Source: an uncultured Candidatus Saccharibacteria bacterium (GTDB taxonomy: Bacteria > Patescibacteriota > Minisyncoccia > UBA6257 > 2-01-FULL-56-20). Taken from it: 28,694 bases of DNA. The translations under genes and the position numbers were made by a program. The number at the start of each line of letters is the position of its first letter. Position 1 is the stretch's first letter. Of the stretch, positions 14,392 through 24,525 are shown one piece after another. Where the stretch lies: assembly GCA_964637795.1 (NCBI GenBank), contig CAZWWZ010000001.1, positions 1 through 28,694 of the forward strand, in the 5' to 3' direction. Under the pieces are notes generated by a model. That model made no database searches. It was not told the DNA's origin and worked only from the letters and a program-made list of their open reading frames with translations.

Positions 14392-16470
14392 TTAGACATC
14401 AAGGTTTTCAACGCTTGCGGCATGAGCTTGGATGAAGTTCTTGCGCGGTTCAACCGCATCGCCCATCAGAACATCAAACAGTTTATCCGCCAGTTCCGCA
14501 TCATCAACCATAACCTGCTTCATGAGCCGGGTTTCCGGATTCATGGTCGTATCCCAAAGTTGCTCGGCGCTCATTTCGCCAAGACCCTTATAGCGCTGGA
14601 CATTGATGGATGATCTTTTCTCCTTTCCTTCGGCCGCAACGCTATCTTCCGTTTCGCTTTCCACAACTTCGATTGCAACCTCTTCTTTTTTCCCGCCCGA
14701 TTTGCTTCTCGCTTTCAGGGCTTTTTCGAACTCGGCGATAATGCCATCCTTTTCATCGTCCGAAAACGCATATTTCACCGTTTTTCCGGATTGGATCTTG
14801 TAGAGCGGCGGCTGGGCGATATAAATGAAACCGCCGTCAACGACCGGACGGAAATACCGATAGAACAGCGTAAGAAGCAACGTCCGAATATGCGCACCAT
14901 CAACATCGGCATCCGTCATGATAACGATCTTATGGTAGCGCAATTTATCAATGGTAAATTCTTCGCCGATCGCCGTACCGATCGCAACGACAAGCGCGCG
15001 TATTTCCGCGTTCGCAAGCATACGGTCGAGGCGCGCGCGCTCTACATTCAGGATCTTTCCACGGAGAGGAAGGATAGCCTGCGTCTGCCGGTTCCGCCCC
15101 TGCTTGCCCGTACCACCCGCCGAATCGCCTTCCACGATGAAAAGCTCCGATTCCGAGGCGTCCTTGGAGATGCAGTCTGCCAGCTTGCCGGGAAGCGTGA
15201 GTCCTTCAAACGCGCCCTTACGCAACACGGTATCGCGAGCCGCCTTGGCAGCAAGGCGCGCTTTCGCACTTAAAATCACTTTCGCAACGATCGCTTTCGC
15301 TTCCTGCGGGTGCTTTTCCAAGAACTCCTTGAGCGCTTCGTTCACCACGGTCTCGGTGGCGGTACGCGCCTCAGGATTGCCGAGTTTCGCCTTGGTTTGT
15401 CCCTCGAATTGCGGCTCACGAAGCTTGACCGAGACGACCGCAACCAATCCCTCGCGCATATCGTCACTCGTTATGTTTTCCTCCTTTTCCTTCAAGTAGC
15501 CCTCGCCGCGCGCATAATTGTTCAAGGTACGCGTCAACGCCGAGCGGAACCCCGTAAGATGCATACCACCCTCGATGGTATATTCATTGTTCGCAAAGCT
15601 CAGCTCCTGAACCCTTGTGTCATCCACGTAAAGGAATGCCACTTCAATATCCATGGGCGTCTTACCGTGCGCGCCAGCCTCTGCAGTTGCCATATACTCC
15701 TTTTCGACATAAAAAATATCTTCCTGCAAGTGATTCTTGCCGCGCGAAAGATAATTTACGAACGAGAGCACGCCACCCTCAAAATAGAAGCCGTGGCAGA
15801 TCGGCACGGCGCCGCGACGATCAAAGAAATTTATCCTGACGCCTTTCGTAAGATAAGCCGTCTGACGAAGATGATCGAGGATCGTCTTGTCATTGAACTC
15901 AAGCTCGGAAAATATCTCGCTATCAGGAGAAAACGTAACCCTCGTACCATGGTTCTTTGATGCACCGACCTTCCTCACTTTGTACTTCGGAATGCCACGC
16001 TCGTATTCCTGCTCGTATTTGCCGCCATCGCGCTCAACTTCCACTTTAAGCCATGTTGAAAGCGCGTTCACCACGGACGCGCCGACGCCATGGAGACCTC
16101 CCGAAACTTTATAAGATTCCCCGCCGAACTTGCCGCCCGCATGAAGCACGGTAAACACCGTTTCAAGCGCGGATACCTTTGTCTGCTTATGGATATCGAC
16201 CGGAATACCGCGGCCATCGTCCACGACGCTCACTTTATTGTCCGGCAAAAGCTCTACGGTAATGTTCTTGGCAAAACCCGCCATCGCTTCATCGATGCCG
16301 TTATCGACGATTTCCCAAATAAGATGATGCAGGCCCTGCGAACCCGTCGAGCCGATATACATGCCCGGCCGCTTACGAACCGGCTCAAGTCCTTCAAGAA
16401 CCTGAATGGACGACGCATTATATGAAGCACTGCCCCTATTGCTGTTCAGTTTTTCCTCTTTTTTAGCCAT
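14392..16470 (-). CDS. gyrB: DNA gyrase subunit B (likely start MAKK; ORF extends to 16485)
   Basis: GLEPVRKRPGMYIGST, EIVDNGIDE, EGDSAGG, PLRGKILNV, IMTDADVDGAHI, QRYKGLGEM. Confidence 0.96.
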   Translation of the reverse strand: MAKKEEKLNSNRGSASYNASSIQVLEGLEPVRKRPGMYIGSTGSQGLHHLIWEIVDNGIDEAMAGFAKNITVELLPDNKVSVVDDGRGIPVDIHKQTKVSALETVFTVLHAGGKFGGESYKVSGGLHGVGASVVNALSTWLKVEVERDGGKYEQEYERGIPKYKVRKVGASKNHGTRVTFSPDSEIFSELEFNDKTILDHLRQTAYLTKGVRINFFDRRGAVPICHGFYFEGGVLSFVNYLSRGKNHLQEDIFYVEKEYMATAEAGAHGKTPMDIEVAFLYVDDTRVQELSFANNEYTIEGGMHLTGFRSALTRTLNNYARGEGYLKEKEENITSDDMREGLVAVVSVKLREPQFEGQTKAKLGNPEARTATETVVNEALKEFLEKHPQEAKAIVAKVILSAKARLAAKAARDTVLRKGAFEGLTLPGKLADCISKDASESELFIVEGDSAGGTGKQGRNRQTQAILPLRGKILNVERARLDRMLANAEIRALVVAIGTAIGEEFTIDKLRYHKIVIMTDADVDGAHIRTLLLTLFYRYFRPVVDGGFIYIAQPPLYKIQSGKTVKYAFSDDEKDGIIAEFEKALKARSKSGGKKEEVAIEVVESETEDSVAAEGKEKRSSINVQRYKGLGEMSAEQLWDTTMNPETRLMKQVMVDDAELADKLFDVLMGDAVEPRKNFIQAHAASVENLDV

Positions 16471-16620
16471 ATTTGATGAAAACAAGCCCTCGAGGAGCTT
16501 GCCTATTTTTATAGAAAAACCCTTCCTTTAATGGTTTAATTGTAGCACGTTTTGAGGAGGAAAAACAGGTTCGTACGCACCCAAATTATCACTGCCGAAC
16601 TTCCATCATTTAGGCTCTTT

Positions 16621-18585
16621 TTACCAGATATTTACTCGATCCTCCGGATCGCGCCACAGCTTGTCGCCAGGCTTCACGCTAAACGCCTCAAAAAATTCCT
16701 GCATGTTCGAAAGCGGCCCGTTGACACGGAATCGTGACGGGGAATGCGGATCGATCTGAGTTTGAAATCTGAGGGCCTCTTCGCGCACGGCGCCCCGCTC
16801 CGATATGGCATAGCTCACAAAAAATCGTTCCTCCGGCAAAAGGCCGCCTATCTTTTCCGAGCCGGTGCCTTTTTCCTCGAGCGAGAGCATTAGGCCATCA
16901 TAAGCGATCAATAAGCCGCCAAGGTCGGCGATGTTCTCCCCGAGCGTGAGCTGGCCGTTCACGAAAAGTCCCGGCAAGGCTTCGAACTTGTCGAACTGCT
17001 TCGCCAGCCGTTCGGTTTGCGCATCGAACCGAACTTTATCTTCTTTTGTCCACCAATTTGCCAGATTCCCCTGAGCATCAAAAAGCGCTCCCTGATCGTC
17101 AAATCCGTGCGTAAGTTCATGTCCGATCGTCGTGCCGATGCCGCCGAAGTTCACTGCGTCATCGGCATCGGGATCGAAAAAGGGGGGCTGAAGTATCGCG
17201 GCGGGGAAAAGGATTTCATTTCTGAGCGGCTCGTAGCACGCATTCACGGTCTGCGGCGACATATACCACTCGCTCCGATCGACCGGCCCGCCCACCTGTT
17301 TCATTTTTCGATCGAATTCGAAACGATGCGCACGCATAATATTTGCCGCATAAGAATCGTTACCGATCTCCATTTTTTCGATGTCTTTCCAAACGTCGGG
17401 ATAACCGAGTTTGCGTGAAACCGCAGCGAGCTTCGCTATCGTCTTTTTCTTCGTTTCCTCGCTCATCCAATCAAGCTTTGAAATACGGGCGCGATACGCC
17501 GCCGAAAGATGATCAACAAGTTCTCCTATCTTTTTCTTTGCCTGTTCACTGAAATGCGCCTCGACATAAAGTTCCGCAACGGCTTCATCGAGCAGCGCGC
17601 TCACGATCCTCTGCACGCGACGCGGAAGGGATTTCATTTCATTCGTACCGGAAAACGTCCGACCATAAAAATCGAATCGTTGCCGCTCGCGGGATTCGTC
17701 GAGGCAATGGGACAGATCGTTCAAAACGCACCATCGCAGATATGACCTATGGATATCAAGCGGAAGCTCCGCGAAAAGTTTGCCGGTAAGCGCTATGAAA
17801 TCGGGCTGACAGACAATAACCTCTTTCACTGCGGGAATCCCTATCGCTTCGAAATATCCCGGCCAGTCAATTTGCGGCGCAAGCTCCGCAAGCTTCTCGG
17901 GCGAGAATTTATGGTATTGCTTTTCGATATCACGGAGTTCGACGCGTGTCATGGAAGCTCCGGCAAGCTTCGTTTCGAGGTCAATAATAACCGCCGCTTG
18001 CGGCTCCACGATTCCGCGCACAGAAGGCGATCCTGCAAGCAAATTCCGCATATAGGAAACATATTTCTCCCGGATCTCCCCGCTTTTCGCGTCGTCCTTC
18101 AGATAATAATCCCTGTCGGGCAGCCCAATGCCGCCCTGGCCAAGATAGAGCGCAACGACGTCGCTTTGTTTCGCATCGGCATCAACCTGACACGACCACC
18201 ATGCGTCGACGCCATTCCGATGCAATGTTCCCAGCACGCGCGAAAGCGCGGATGAACCGTTTATAGAATCAATGTCAGCGAACAGGTCTGCAAGCGGGGC
18301 ATCGCCCAGCTCGTTGCGTTTCGGCATATCCATGCCGGTCCGGTAGAAATCCCGCACTTTTTTTGCGCGACCCGCGACAAGCGGATCCGGCTTATCATTC
18401 AGTGCATCGAGAATTTCCTGGATCTGCCGCTCAATATCAACGCGCAAAGAGTAAAACGAACCCCAGCGTGATTCTTCCGGCGGAATCGGATTTTTATCGA
18501 TCCATTTCTGATTCACAAAACAAAAAAAATCATCCGTTGGTTTTATGGAATGGTCGAAATCCTGCGGATCAATGGGATCGTTCAT
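16621..18585 (-). CDS. M13 family (neprilysin/PepO-like) metalloendopeptidase
   Basis: HELTH (HExxH), VNACY, GENIAD and HSPS-FRVNG motifs. Confidence 0.95.
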   Translation of the reverse strand: MNDPIDPQDFDHSIKPTDDFFCFVNQKWIDKNPIPPEESRWGSFYSLRVDIERQIQEILDALNDKPDPLVAGRAKKVRDFYRTGMDMPKRNELGDAPLADLFADIDSINGSSALSRVLGTLHRNGVDAWWSCQVDADAKQSDVVALYLGQGGIGLPDRDYYLKDDAKSGEIREKYVSYMRNLLAGSPSVRGIVEPQAAVIIDLETKLAGASMTRVELRDIEKQYHKFSPEKLAELAPQIDWPGYFEAIGIPAVKEVIVCQPDFIALTGKLFAELPLDIHRSYLRWCVLNDLSHCLDESRERQRFDFYGRTFSGTNEMKSLPRRVQRIVSALLDEAVAELYVEAHFSEQAKKKIGELVDHLSAAYRARISKLDWMSEETKKKTIAKLAAVSRKLGYPDVWKDIEKMEIGNDSYAANIMRAHRFEFDRKMKQVGGPVDRSEWYMSPQTVNACYEPLRNEILFPAAILQPPFFDPDADDAVNFGGIGTTIGHELTHGFDDQGALFDAQGNLANWWTKEDKVRFDAQTERLAKQFDKFEALPGLFVNGQLTLGENIADLGGLLIAYDGLMLSLEEKGTGSEKIGGLLPEERFFVSYAISERGAVREEALRFQTQIDPHSPSRFRVNGPLSNMQEFFEAFSVKPGDKLWRDPEDRVNIW

Positions 18586-18740
18586 GATAAGGATATTGTA
18601 ACACGATTACCGCTTCGAGTCGGACGATGATCGCGCGTTCACGCCGGATAAAATATTGTTATCTTTTATATTTCTGTAAAAAGCTCGTTATTGCAGGGAG
18701 AAGATTTTTTTGGTACATTTCACAAGAAGCGGAAGAAGTA

Positions 18741-18812
18741 GCCACCTTAGCTCAGTGGTAGAGCAGCGCTTTCGTAAAGCGAAGGTCCCCGGTCCAAATC
18801 CGGGAGGTGGCT
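18741..18812 (+). tRNA. tRNA-Thr(CGT), T-loop variant TCCAAAT
   Basis: Acceptor GCCACCT/AGGTGGC, D-arm GCTC/GAGC, anticodon loop TT-CGT-AA; promoter TTGCAG-N17-TACATT at 18691-18719. Confidence 0.93.
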
Positions 18813-18875
18813 CAAAAATCGGCGTCGGGGGGGGGCGAAAGGTCTAAAAAGAATGAGGCCCTTCCGGTTGCCGTG

Positions 18876-19664
18876 TTAAATCTTTAATATTTCTCGTATC
18901 ACCAGCTTTGTTTCCCCGGGATCGCGAACCGCAACACAGTCAATACCAGTTTTCTTTGCCGCCGCATCGTTGCCTCCGGGATACAGCGCATCGCCGATAA
19001 AAAGCATTTTCTTAACGGGAACCTTGAGCGTCTTTTCTATTTCCCGGACGCCATACGCCTTGTCGATCCCCTTTTGAGTTATATCGATCGAGGTAAGGCC
19101 GCCGAGCCGGACTTCAAGCTCCGGCAATTTCCCCACAAGAAGCTTTGCCATGCGCAGCTTGAGCGCCAGATTCTCGCGTTTCCATTTTTCCTTGAGCGCA
19201 AGTCCGCGTTTGCCGAGCCGCGCCACAACATCCTGTCCGAGCGCCGAGAACGTGATCTGCGACCCTCGATTTTCGAGAACTTTCCCATATACCTTTTTTG
19301 GCGGGACATAGCCGACTTCACGAAAGACGTCTTTAAATGCCTTTTTAATTTGTTTCACGGCATGTTCCGACAATTTCATTTCATACACTTTTTGCCAGCC
19401 ATGCTGATAACGATAGAATGCCGTCGCCGTCGTCGGAAAAAGAAAAAGGTTCGGCAGAAGATCTTTTGGACAAGCAAGTGATTTTAAAAACTGTTTCCGG
19501 AACTGCCCCCAGTTCCCGCCGCCGATCACGGCAACTTTTTTTCGCGCAAGAAGCTCTGTAAGCGTACGCGACATATCCGGCTCCATATTCGACTTGCTCG
19601 GCGTCAATGTGCCGTCGAGGTCGAAAACGATAAGATCCTTGTTCTTGAATTTCGCAGATGCCAT
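18876..19664 (-). CDS. HAD-IIB hydrolase, eukaryotic-type phosphomannomutase-like
   Basis: DLDGTL.PSK, GGLTSIDIT.KGIDKAYG, FIGDALYPGGND. Confidence 0.88.
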   Translation of the reverse strand: MASAKFKNKDLIVFDLDGTLTPSKSNMEPDMSRTLTELLARKKVAVIGGGNWGQFRKQFLKSLACPKDLLPNLFLFPTTATAFYRYQHGWQKVYEMKLSEHAVKQIKKAFKDVFREVGYVPPKKVYGKVLENRGSQITFSALGQDVVARLGKRGLALKEKWKRENLALKLRMAKLLVGKLPELEVRLGGLTSIDITQKGIDKAYGVREIEKTLKVPVKKMLFIGDALYPGGNDAAAKKTGIDCVAVRDPGETKLVIREILKI

Positions 19665-19799
19665 TCCTCTATTCTAAAACCTATTACAAAACTACTCCAG
19701 CCCATGTCGCGAGCTGTTATAAAACAGATAAAATAAGGAGCGGTAGATATGCCGCACAAGCAGCTTGACGTAGTTTTGTTTTGGGTATATATTCATATC

Positions 19800-20216
19800 A
19801 TGAGCAGGCCAAAATGTAATTATACCGTGGCGTTCTGTCCAAAGATAAAGAAATTCATCCCCGAAGGTGCCTGTGCGTCGACGGGAATCGTCCTGATCGG
19901 CGCCGCGGAAGCAGAAGCACTCCGGTTGAAGCACATCGAAGATCTGAGCCAGACCGCTGCTGCGGCAAAAATGAAAATCTCCCAAAGTTCCTTTCAGAGA
20001 GTCCTTCAGGCGGCGCACAAAAAAATATCGGAGGCGCTTATCGAGGGAAAGTTCATCACCATTGCGGACAGTAAATCTGCGGCCTTTTCAGCAAAGGAAA
20101 AATCCGTAAATAATGAAGCACGGATGGTCCGCCGGAGCCTGTACCCGCGCAGGCGGGCACGAACTATGACAGAAAGAATTATTCGTGGAATCCGAAATGA
20201 AAAAGAAACAAAATAA
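19800..20216 (+). CDS. DUF134 (UPF0251) HTH protein, start refined to MSRPK
   Basis: MSRPK...F.P...EAEALRLKHIEDLSQTAAAAKMKISQSSFQRVL..AHKKISEALIEGK; TTGACG-N17-TATATT-N6-ATG promoter. Confidence 0.85.
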   Translation: MSRPKCNYTVAFCPKIKKFIPEGACASTGIVLIGAAEAEALRLKHIEDLSQTAAAAKMKISQSSFQRVLQAAHKKISEALIEGKFITIADSKSAAFSAKEKSVNNEARMVRRSLYPRRRARTMTERIIRGIRNEKETK

Positions 20217-20234
20217 ATTAATAAAAACAAAAAA

Positions 20235-20828
20235 ATGACCGAACAAAATAAATTAAAAATCCAAGTTATCCTTGGCAGTACGCGGAAGGGCCGGTTCAGT
20301 GATAAGCCGGGAAAGTGGATCATTGAGGAGGCGCAGAAAAAGGAAGGCGTCGAGGCGGAACTTGTCGACCTGCGGGATTATCCCCTGCCGTTCTTCGACG
20401 AACCGATGGGTCCGGCCGGTTTGCAGGGAAAATATTCGAGCGATATCGCCGTGCAATGGGCAAAGAAGGTTGCCGAAGCCGATGCCTATATCATCGCAGC
20501 TCCTGAATATAATCACGGCTATCCCGCCGTCCTTAAAAATGCCCTGGATTACGCCTATAACGAGTGGAACAACAAGCCAGTCGGGTTTGTGAGCTGGGGC
20601 GGCGTTGCCGGAGCGCGGGTCGTCGAACAGCTGCGCGAAGTTGCAATCGAATTGCAGATGGCGCCGATCAGAAACGCGGTCCATATCCCGTCGTTCTGGA
20701 CCTTGCTCGATGAAAAAGGAAATTTAAAGGAGGGTGCGCTTGATCAAATGAAAGATTCCTCCAATAAGATGCTCGACCAGCTTATTTGGTGGGCAAAAGC
20801 ACTGAAAAACGCCCGGGACATGAAGTAG
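20235..20828 (+). CDS. NAD(P)H-dependent FMN reductase
   Basis: ILGSTRKGRFS, PEYNHGYPAVLKNALD, KPVGFVSWGG. Confidence 0.92.
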   Translation: MTEQNKLKIQVILGSTRKGRFSDKPGKWIIEEAQKKEGVEAELVDLRDYPLPFFDEPMGPAGLQGKYSSDIAVQWAKKVAEADAYIIAAPEYNHGYPAVLKNALDYAYNEWNNKPVGFVSWGGVAGARVVEQLREVAIELQMAPIRNAVHIPSFWTLLDEKGNLKEGALDQMKDSSNKMLDQLIWWAKALKNARDMK

Positions 20829-20914
20829 ATACAAGAACAGAAGTCTCATGAAAAACGGTTTTGCTTCGGCAAAGTCGTTTTTTAGATTCCCCAAAAAGTG
20901 CTAATATGAGCGAT

Positions 20915-23074
20915 ATGGCAAAGCACAAGAAAAAGAAAAAAGGGGCTGAAAAAAGTTCCACGCGACCCACGACTGACCGCGCATCCGAAGAACATCGCCT
21001 TCATCCTGAAGCGCAAAAAAGCATCTGGGCAGTAAGTTTGCTGGGAGCAGCCATAATTCTTGCGCTTGCGGGTTTTGGAAAGGCAGGACCAGCCGGAGAC
21101 GCGATGTACCAGGGATTTCATACGCTTTTCGGGCTGGGATACTTTATCCTCCCGATGACGCTCCTTTTTGCGGCGTCAGTCCTCATTTCTTCGGAGCGGC
21201 AAAAAATGGTCGGCACGACGCTCGCGGGAAGCGTTCTGCTTATTTTATCGGTGCTCGGTTTTATCGAACTGGTCGAACCGGGAGGAGGCGGCTGGCTTGG
21301 ATTGGTTTTTGGTTCGCTTCGTTCCCCTTTCGGCAATGCCGCGGCAATCATCATAGACTGCCTCTTATTTGTGATCTCGATAATCGTTGCAACCAACACG
21401 CCGCTTAAATTCCATTGGCGGCAAAAAGAGGACAATGAAGAAGATGAGGAGAATACTGAACCGGGAAAACCGCTTGTCGTGACAGGCGACGAACCGCAAA
21501 AAGCACCAAAGGAAGAAGCTCCTGTGTCAAAATCGAACTCCGACAATGCAGGGAAAATGCGAGCAACCGTCGTTGAATCAAAGCTCGACGTTCCCGTACC
21601 CGAAAAGAAGATAAAAGCGCCATCATTTGCGAACTATGTTCCGCCGCCGCTTTCGCTTCTCAATGCCAACAGCACGAAACCGACGACCGGCGACCTGCTC
21701 ATAAACGCGAACGTCATCAAACGCACGCTCGAGAGCTTTGGCATTGCGGTTGAGATGGGAGAGATCAATGTCGGCCCCGCTGTCACGCGTTATACGCTGA
21801 AACCGGCGGAAGGCATCAAACTTTCCCGCATCACGGCCCTGAACCCCGATCTTTCACTCTCCTTGGCCGCAAGCCCGATCCGTATCGAAGCGCCGATTCC
21901 CGGCAAGTCCCTCGTCGGGATCGAGGTGCCGAACAAAGCGGCGGCAATCGTGCGCCTCGGCAGTTTGATGAACTATCCTGAATTTCAGAAGGCGGGCCAG
22001 CTCGGCTTTGTGCTTGGCCGCGACGTTTCGGGCGAGCCTCTCTTTGCCAACATCGAGAAAATGCCGCATTTGCTGGTTGCCGGCGCGACAGGTTCTGGAA
22101 AATCCATCTTCGTCCATTCGGTCCTGATCTCGCTCCTCTATCGGAACTCGCCGGAAACATTGAAGCTGGTTCTGATCGACCCGAAACGCGTCGAGCTTTC
22201 GGTTTACGATGGCATTCCCCACCTCGTAAGCCCGGTCGTAACCGAGAACAAGAAAGCCGCCGGCGTGTTCCGCTGGGCGGTATCAGAAATGGACCGGCGC
22301 TATGAAGTGCTCCAAAAATCGGGCAGCCGCGACATCAAGAGCTACAATGCGGCGCATAAAGACGAACCGATGCCATTCATCGTGATCGCGATCGACGAAC
22401 TCGCCGACCTCATGAGCTCGTTCGGCCGCGAGGTCGAAGGCTCGATCGTACGTTTGGCACAGATGGCGCGCGCGACCGGCATCCATCTTCTGCTCGCGAC
22501 CCAGCGGCCGTCGGTCGAAGTGATCACGGGCCTCATTAAGGCGAACATCACCTCGCGCGTCGCGCTCCAGGTGGCAAGCCAGATCGATTCGCGAACCATC
22601 ATCGACACGCCGGGCGCCGAGAAGCTGCTCGGTCGCGGCGACCTCCTTTTCATTTCCGCGGAACTCTCCAAGCCAAAACGTATCCAAGGTTCGTTCATCA
22701 CGGAAGATGAGATCAAGAGCGTGGTGAATTTCATTAAAAAGAACAATTCTCCGATCGAAACAGAATCAAGCAGTATCAATTTTGAAGCAGCGGGTGCATC
22801 CGAGGGCGGCAATGGCAGCTCGAAAAATGGAGGACAGAATTTCGATGAATACATGGCGGATGACGACGGTGACGAACTCATGGATGAAGCGGTTGCAATC
22901 GTAAAAGAAGCCAATAAAGCATCCGCATCGCTTCTCCAGCGGCGCCTGAAAGTCGGCTATGCTCGTGCCGCACGCCTCCTCGACCTCATGGAAAACGCTG
23001 GACTCATCGGCCCCGGCGATGGCGCCAAACCCCGCGATATCAACGAGGAAAAGATCGACGAATATCTTTCGTAA
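20915..23074 (+). CDS. ftsK: FtsK/SpoIIIE DNA translocase (start refined to MAKHK)
   Basis: N-terminal TMs, MPHLLVAGATGSGKS, IDPKRVEL, DELADLM, LATQRPS, gamma domain SASLLQRRLKVGYARAARL. Confidence 0.95.
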   Translation: MAKHKKKKKGAEKSSTRPTTDRASEEHRLHPEAQKSIWAVSLLGAAIILALAGFGKAGPAGDAMYQGFHTLFGLGYFILPMTLLFAASVLISSERQKMVGTTLAGSVLLILSVLGFIELVEPGGGGWLGLVFGSLRSPFGNAAAIIIDCLLFVISIIVATNTPLKFHWRQKEDNEEDEENTEPGKPLVVTGDEPQKAPKEEAPVSKSNSDNAGKMRATVVESKLDVPVPEKKIKAPSFANYVPPPLSLLNANSTKPTTGDLLINANVIKRTLESFGIAVEMGEINVGPAVTRYTLKPAEGIKLSRITALNPDLSLSLAASPIRIEAPIPGKSLVGIEVPNKAAAIVRLGSLMNYPEFQKAGQLGFVLGRDVSGEPLFANIEKMPHLLVAGATGSGKSIFVHSVLISLLYRNSPETLKLVLIDPKRVELSVYDGIPHLVSPVVTENKKAAGVFRWAVSEMDRRYEVLQKSGSRDIKSYNAAHKDEPMPFIVIAIDELADLMSSFGREVEGSIVRLAQMARATGIHLLLATQRPSVEVITGLIKANITSRVALQVASQIDSRTIIDTPGAEKLLGRGDLLFISAELSKPKRIQGSFITEDEIKSVVNFIKKNNSPIETESSSINFEAAGASEGGNGSSKNGGQNFDEYMADDDGDELMDEAVAIVKEANKASASLLQRRLKVGYARAARLLDLMENAGLIGPGDGAKPRDINEEKIDEYLS

Positions 23075-23114
23075 AAACTTGTTATTTTAGGCTTCCCACC
23101 TCTCGCTACGCACA

Positions 23115-23142
23115 AAAAACTCCGTCTTTTGACGGAGTTTTT
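23115..23142. terminator. bidirectional intrinsic terminator between ftsK and glutaredoxin
   Basis: aaaaactccgtc-tttt-gacggagttttt. Confidence 0.88.
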
Positions 23143-23167
23143 CCTTTCGCAAGAGAAAGTTTAATAA

Positions 23168-23404
23168 TTATTTTAAATCCAGCGCTTTTTCGATCGTCCC
23201 TTTGTCGAAACCGACGATGACTTTGTCGTCTATAACGATCACCGGAACGCCCATCTGATGGGATTTATCGAACATCTCCTTCCGTGCATCGAGATCGGAA
23301 AGAACATTCTTTTCGTCATAGGTAATGCTGTTTTTCGCGAAAAAATCTTTCGCCATTTTGCAGTAGACGCACGTTGGGGTTGAATAAATGGTTATTTTTT
23401 TCAT
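23168..23404 (-). CDS. glutaredoxin/NrdH-like redoxin (start refined to MKKITIY)
   Basis: YSTPTCVYC and MGVPVIVID...GFD. Confidence 0.9.
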   Translation of the reverse strand: MKKITIYSTPTCVYCKMAKDFFAKNSITYDEKNVLSDLDARKEMFDKSHQMGVPVIVIDDKVIVGFDKGTIEKALDLK

Positions 23405-23409
23405 GGATT

Positions 23410-23604
23410 TTATTTTTTTAATGTTCCGATTTCCGCAGAGAGGACCCACACGTTCATGACAACAAGAATGATTCCACAAAGAACACTGCTCCACTTCACG
23501 AGAACTTCATCTGAAAATCCGAGTATCCATGGCGAGATGATAAGCCACACTCCCACCGCAATAATGATCCATCGTTCCGTCGTCGTCATTGTTTTACTGA
23601 CCAT
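23410..23604 (-). CDS. SPW-repeat membrane protein
   Basis: GVWLIISPWILGF plus a second TM. Confidence 0.8.
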   Translation of the reverse strand: MVSKTMTTTERWIIIAVGVWLIISPWILGFSDEVLVKWSSVLCGIILVVMNVWVLSAEIGTLKK

Positions 23605-24442
23605 TCACCGCAGCCGCAATATCCTGCAGAATCGTCGCCGTGTCCGCACCCGCACTTGAACCGTCCGATTCGGCCGCAAGCTTTCCATCCACGATCGTGG
23701 TCGGCGTTGAACCGATACCCGCCGAAACAGCGGCTGCTTTCTCAGCGCCAACATCGCTTGCGTGCTGATCGCCATCGAGACAGGAAGTGAAATCCTGGGT
23801 ATTAAGTCCGACCTGATTCGCGAGCGTCAAAAACTCGGCTCGCGTGAAAAATCCATCATTCTCAGCACTGGCATTTTTGCTTTCATCTGTGACCTTTGCC
23901 GAATAAAGCGCATCATGATATGCCCATAATTTTCCCTGATCATTCGCGCACTGAGCGGCGTTCGCCGCGGCATCAGATTCAGAGCCAAGGAACGAAAAAT
24001 CACGGAATACCATTTTTACCTTTCCCGTATCGATATATTGCGATTTGATGAGCGGCTGGATCTGCGAGAAGTACCGGGTGCAGAACGGACACTGGTAATC
24101 GCCGTATTCTATCACCGTTACTGGAGCGTTCTGATTGCCAAGCACGGCATCGCGCGAACCAAGTGACGCAAGACTCGCAAGGGACGTCGATGTTGCATTC
24201 TGGGCGGCAGGATTCACGGCCTTGCCGGCTCCCGCATTCGAAGAACCGCCACGGTAGAAAACCGAAAAGAGAATCGCGCAACAGATAAGAACCGCGGCAA
24301 CGATGATGCTTATCGGAAGAAAACGATCCTTGCGCAACGCCGGTATGTTTTCCTGTACGTTGATCTCATATCCTCCGCTCTCCTTTTTTATCTCTCCATC
24401 AAGCGAGATCTTTTCCTGTTCTTCATTATTATTTGTGGTCAT
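23594..24442 (-). CDS. DsbA/thioredoxin-family oxidoreductase (start refined to MTTNN)
   Basis: TM anchor, EYGDYQCPFC, GIGSTPT; TGgTACAAT-N6-ATG promoter. Confidence 0.88.
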   Translation of the reverse strand: MTTNNNEEQEKISLDGEIKKESGGYEINVQENIPALRKDRFLPISIIVAAVLICCAILFSVFYRGGSSNAGAGKAVNPAAQNATSTSLASLASLGSRDAVLGNQNAPVTVIEYGDYQCPFCTRYFSQIQPLIKSQYIDTGKVKMVFRDFSFLGSESDAAANAAQCANDQGKLWAYHDALYSAKVTDESKNASAENDGFFTRAEFLTLANQVGLNTQDFTSCLDGDQHASDVGAEKAAAVSAGIGSTPTTIVDGKLAAESDGSSAGADTATILQDIAAAVNGQ

Positions 24443-24525
24443 GTGACTATTGTACCAAACCAAAAATCCCCTGCAAGGGCTCTGAATTTTGCCTTATAAA
24501 ATGACCTTCGTTTGCCGGGAAATCC

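Noticed and set aside
14422-18587. Numerous plus-strand ORFs over gyrB and the M13 peptidase, and minus-strand ORFs over ftsK
   Set aside because: Antisense shadows of strongly supported genes in GC-richer sequence.
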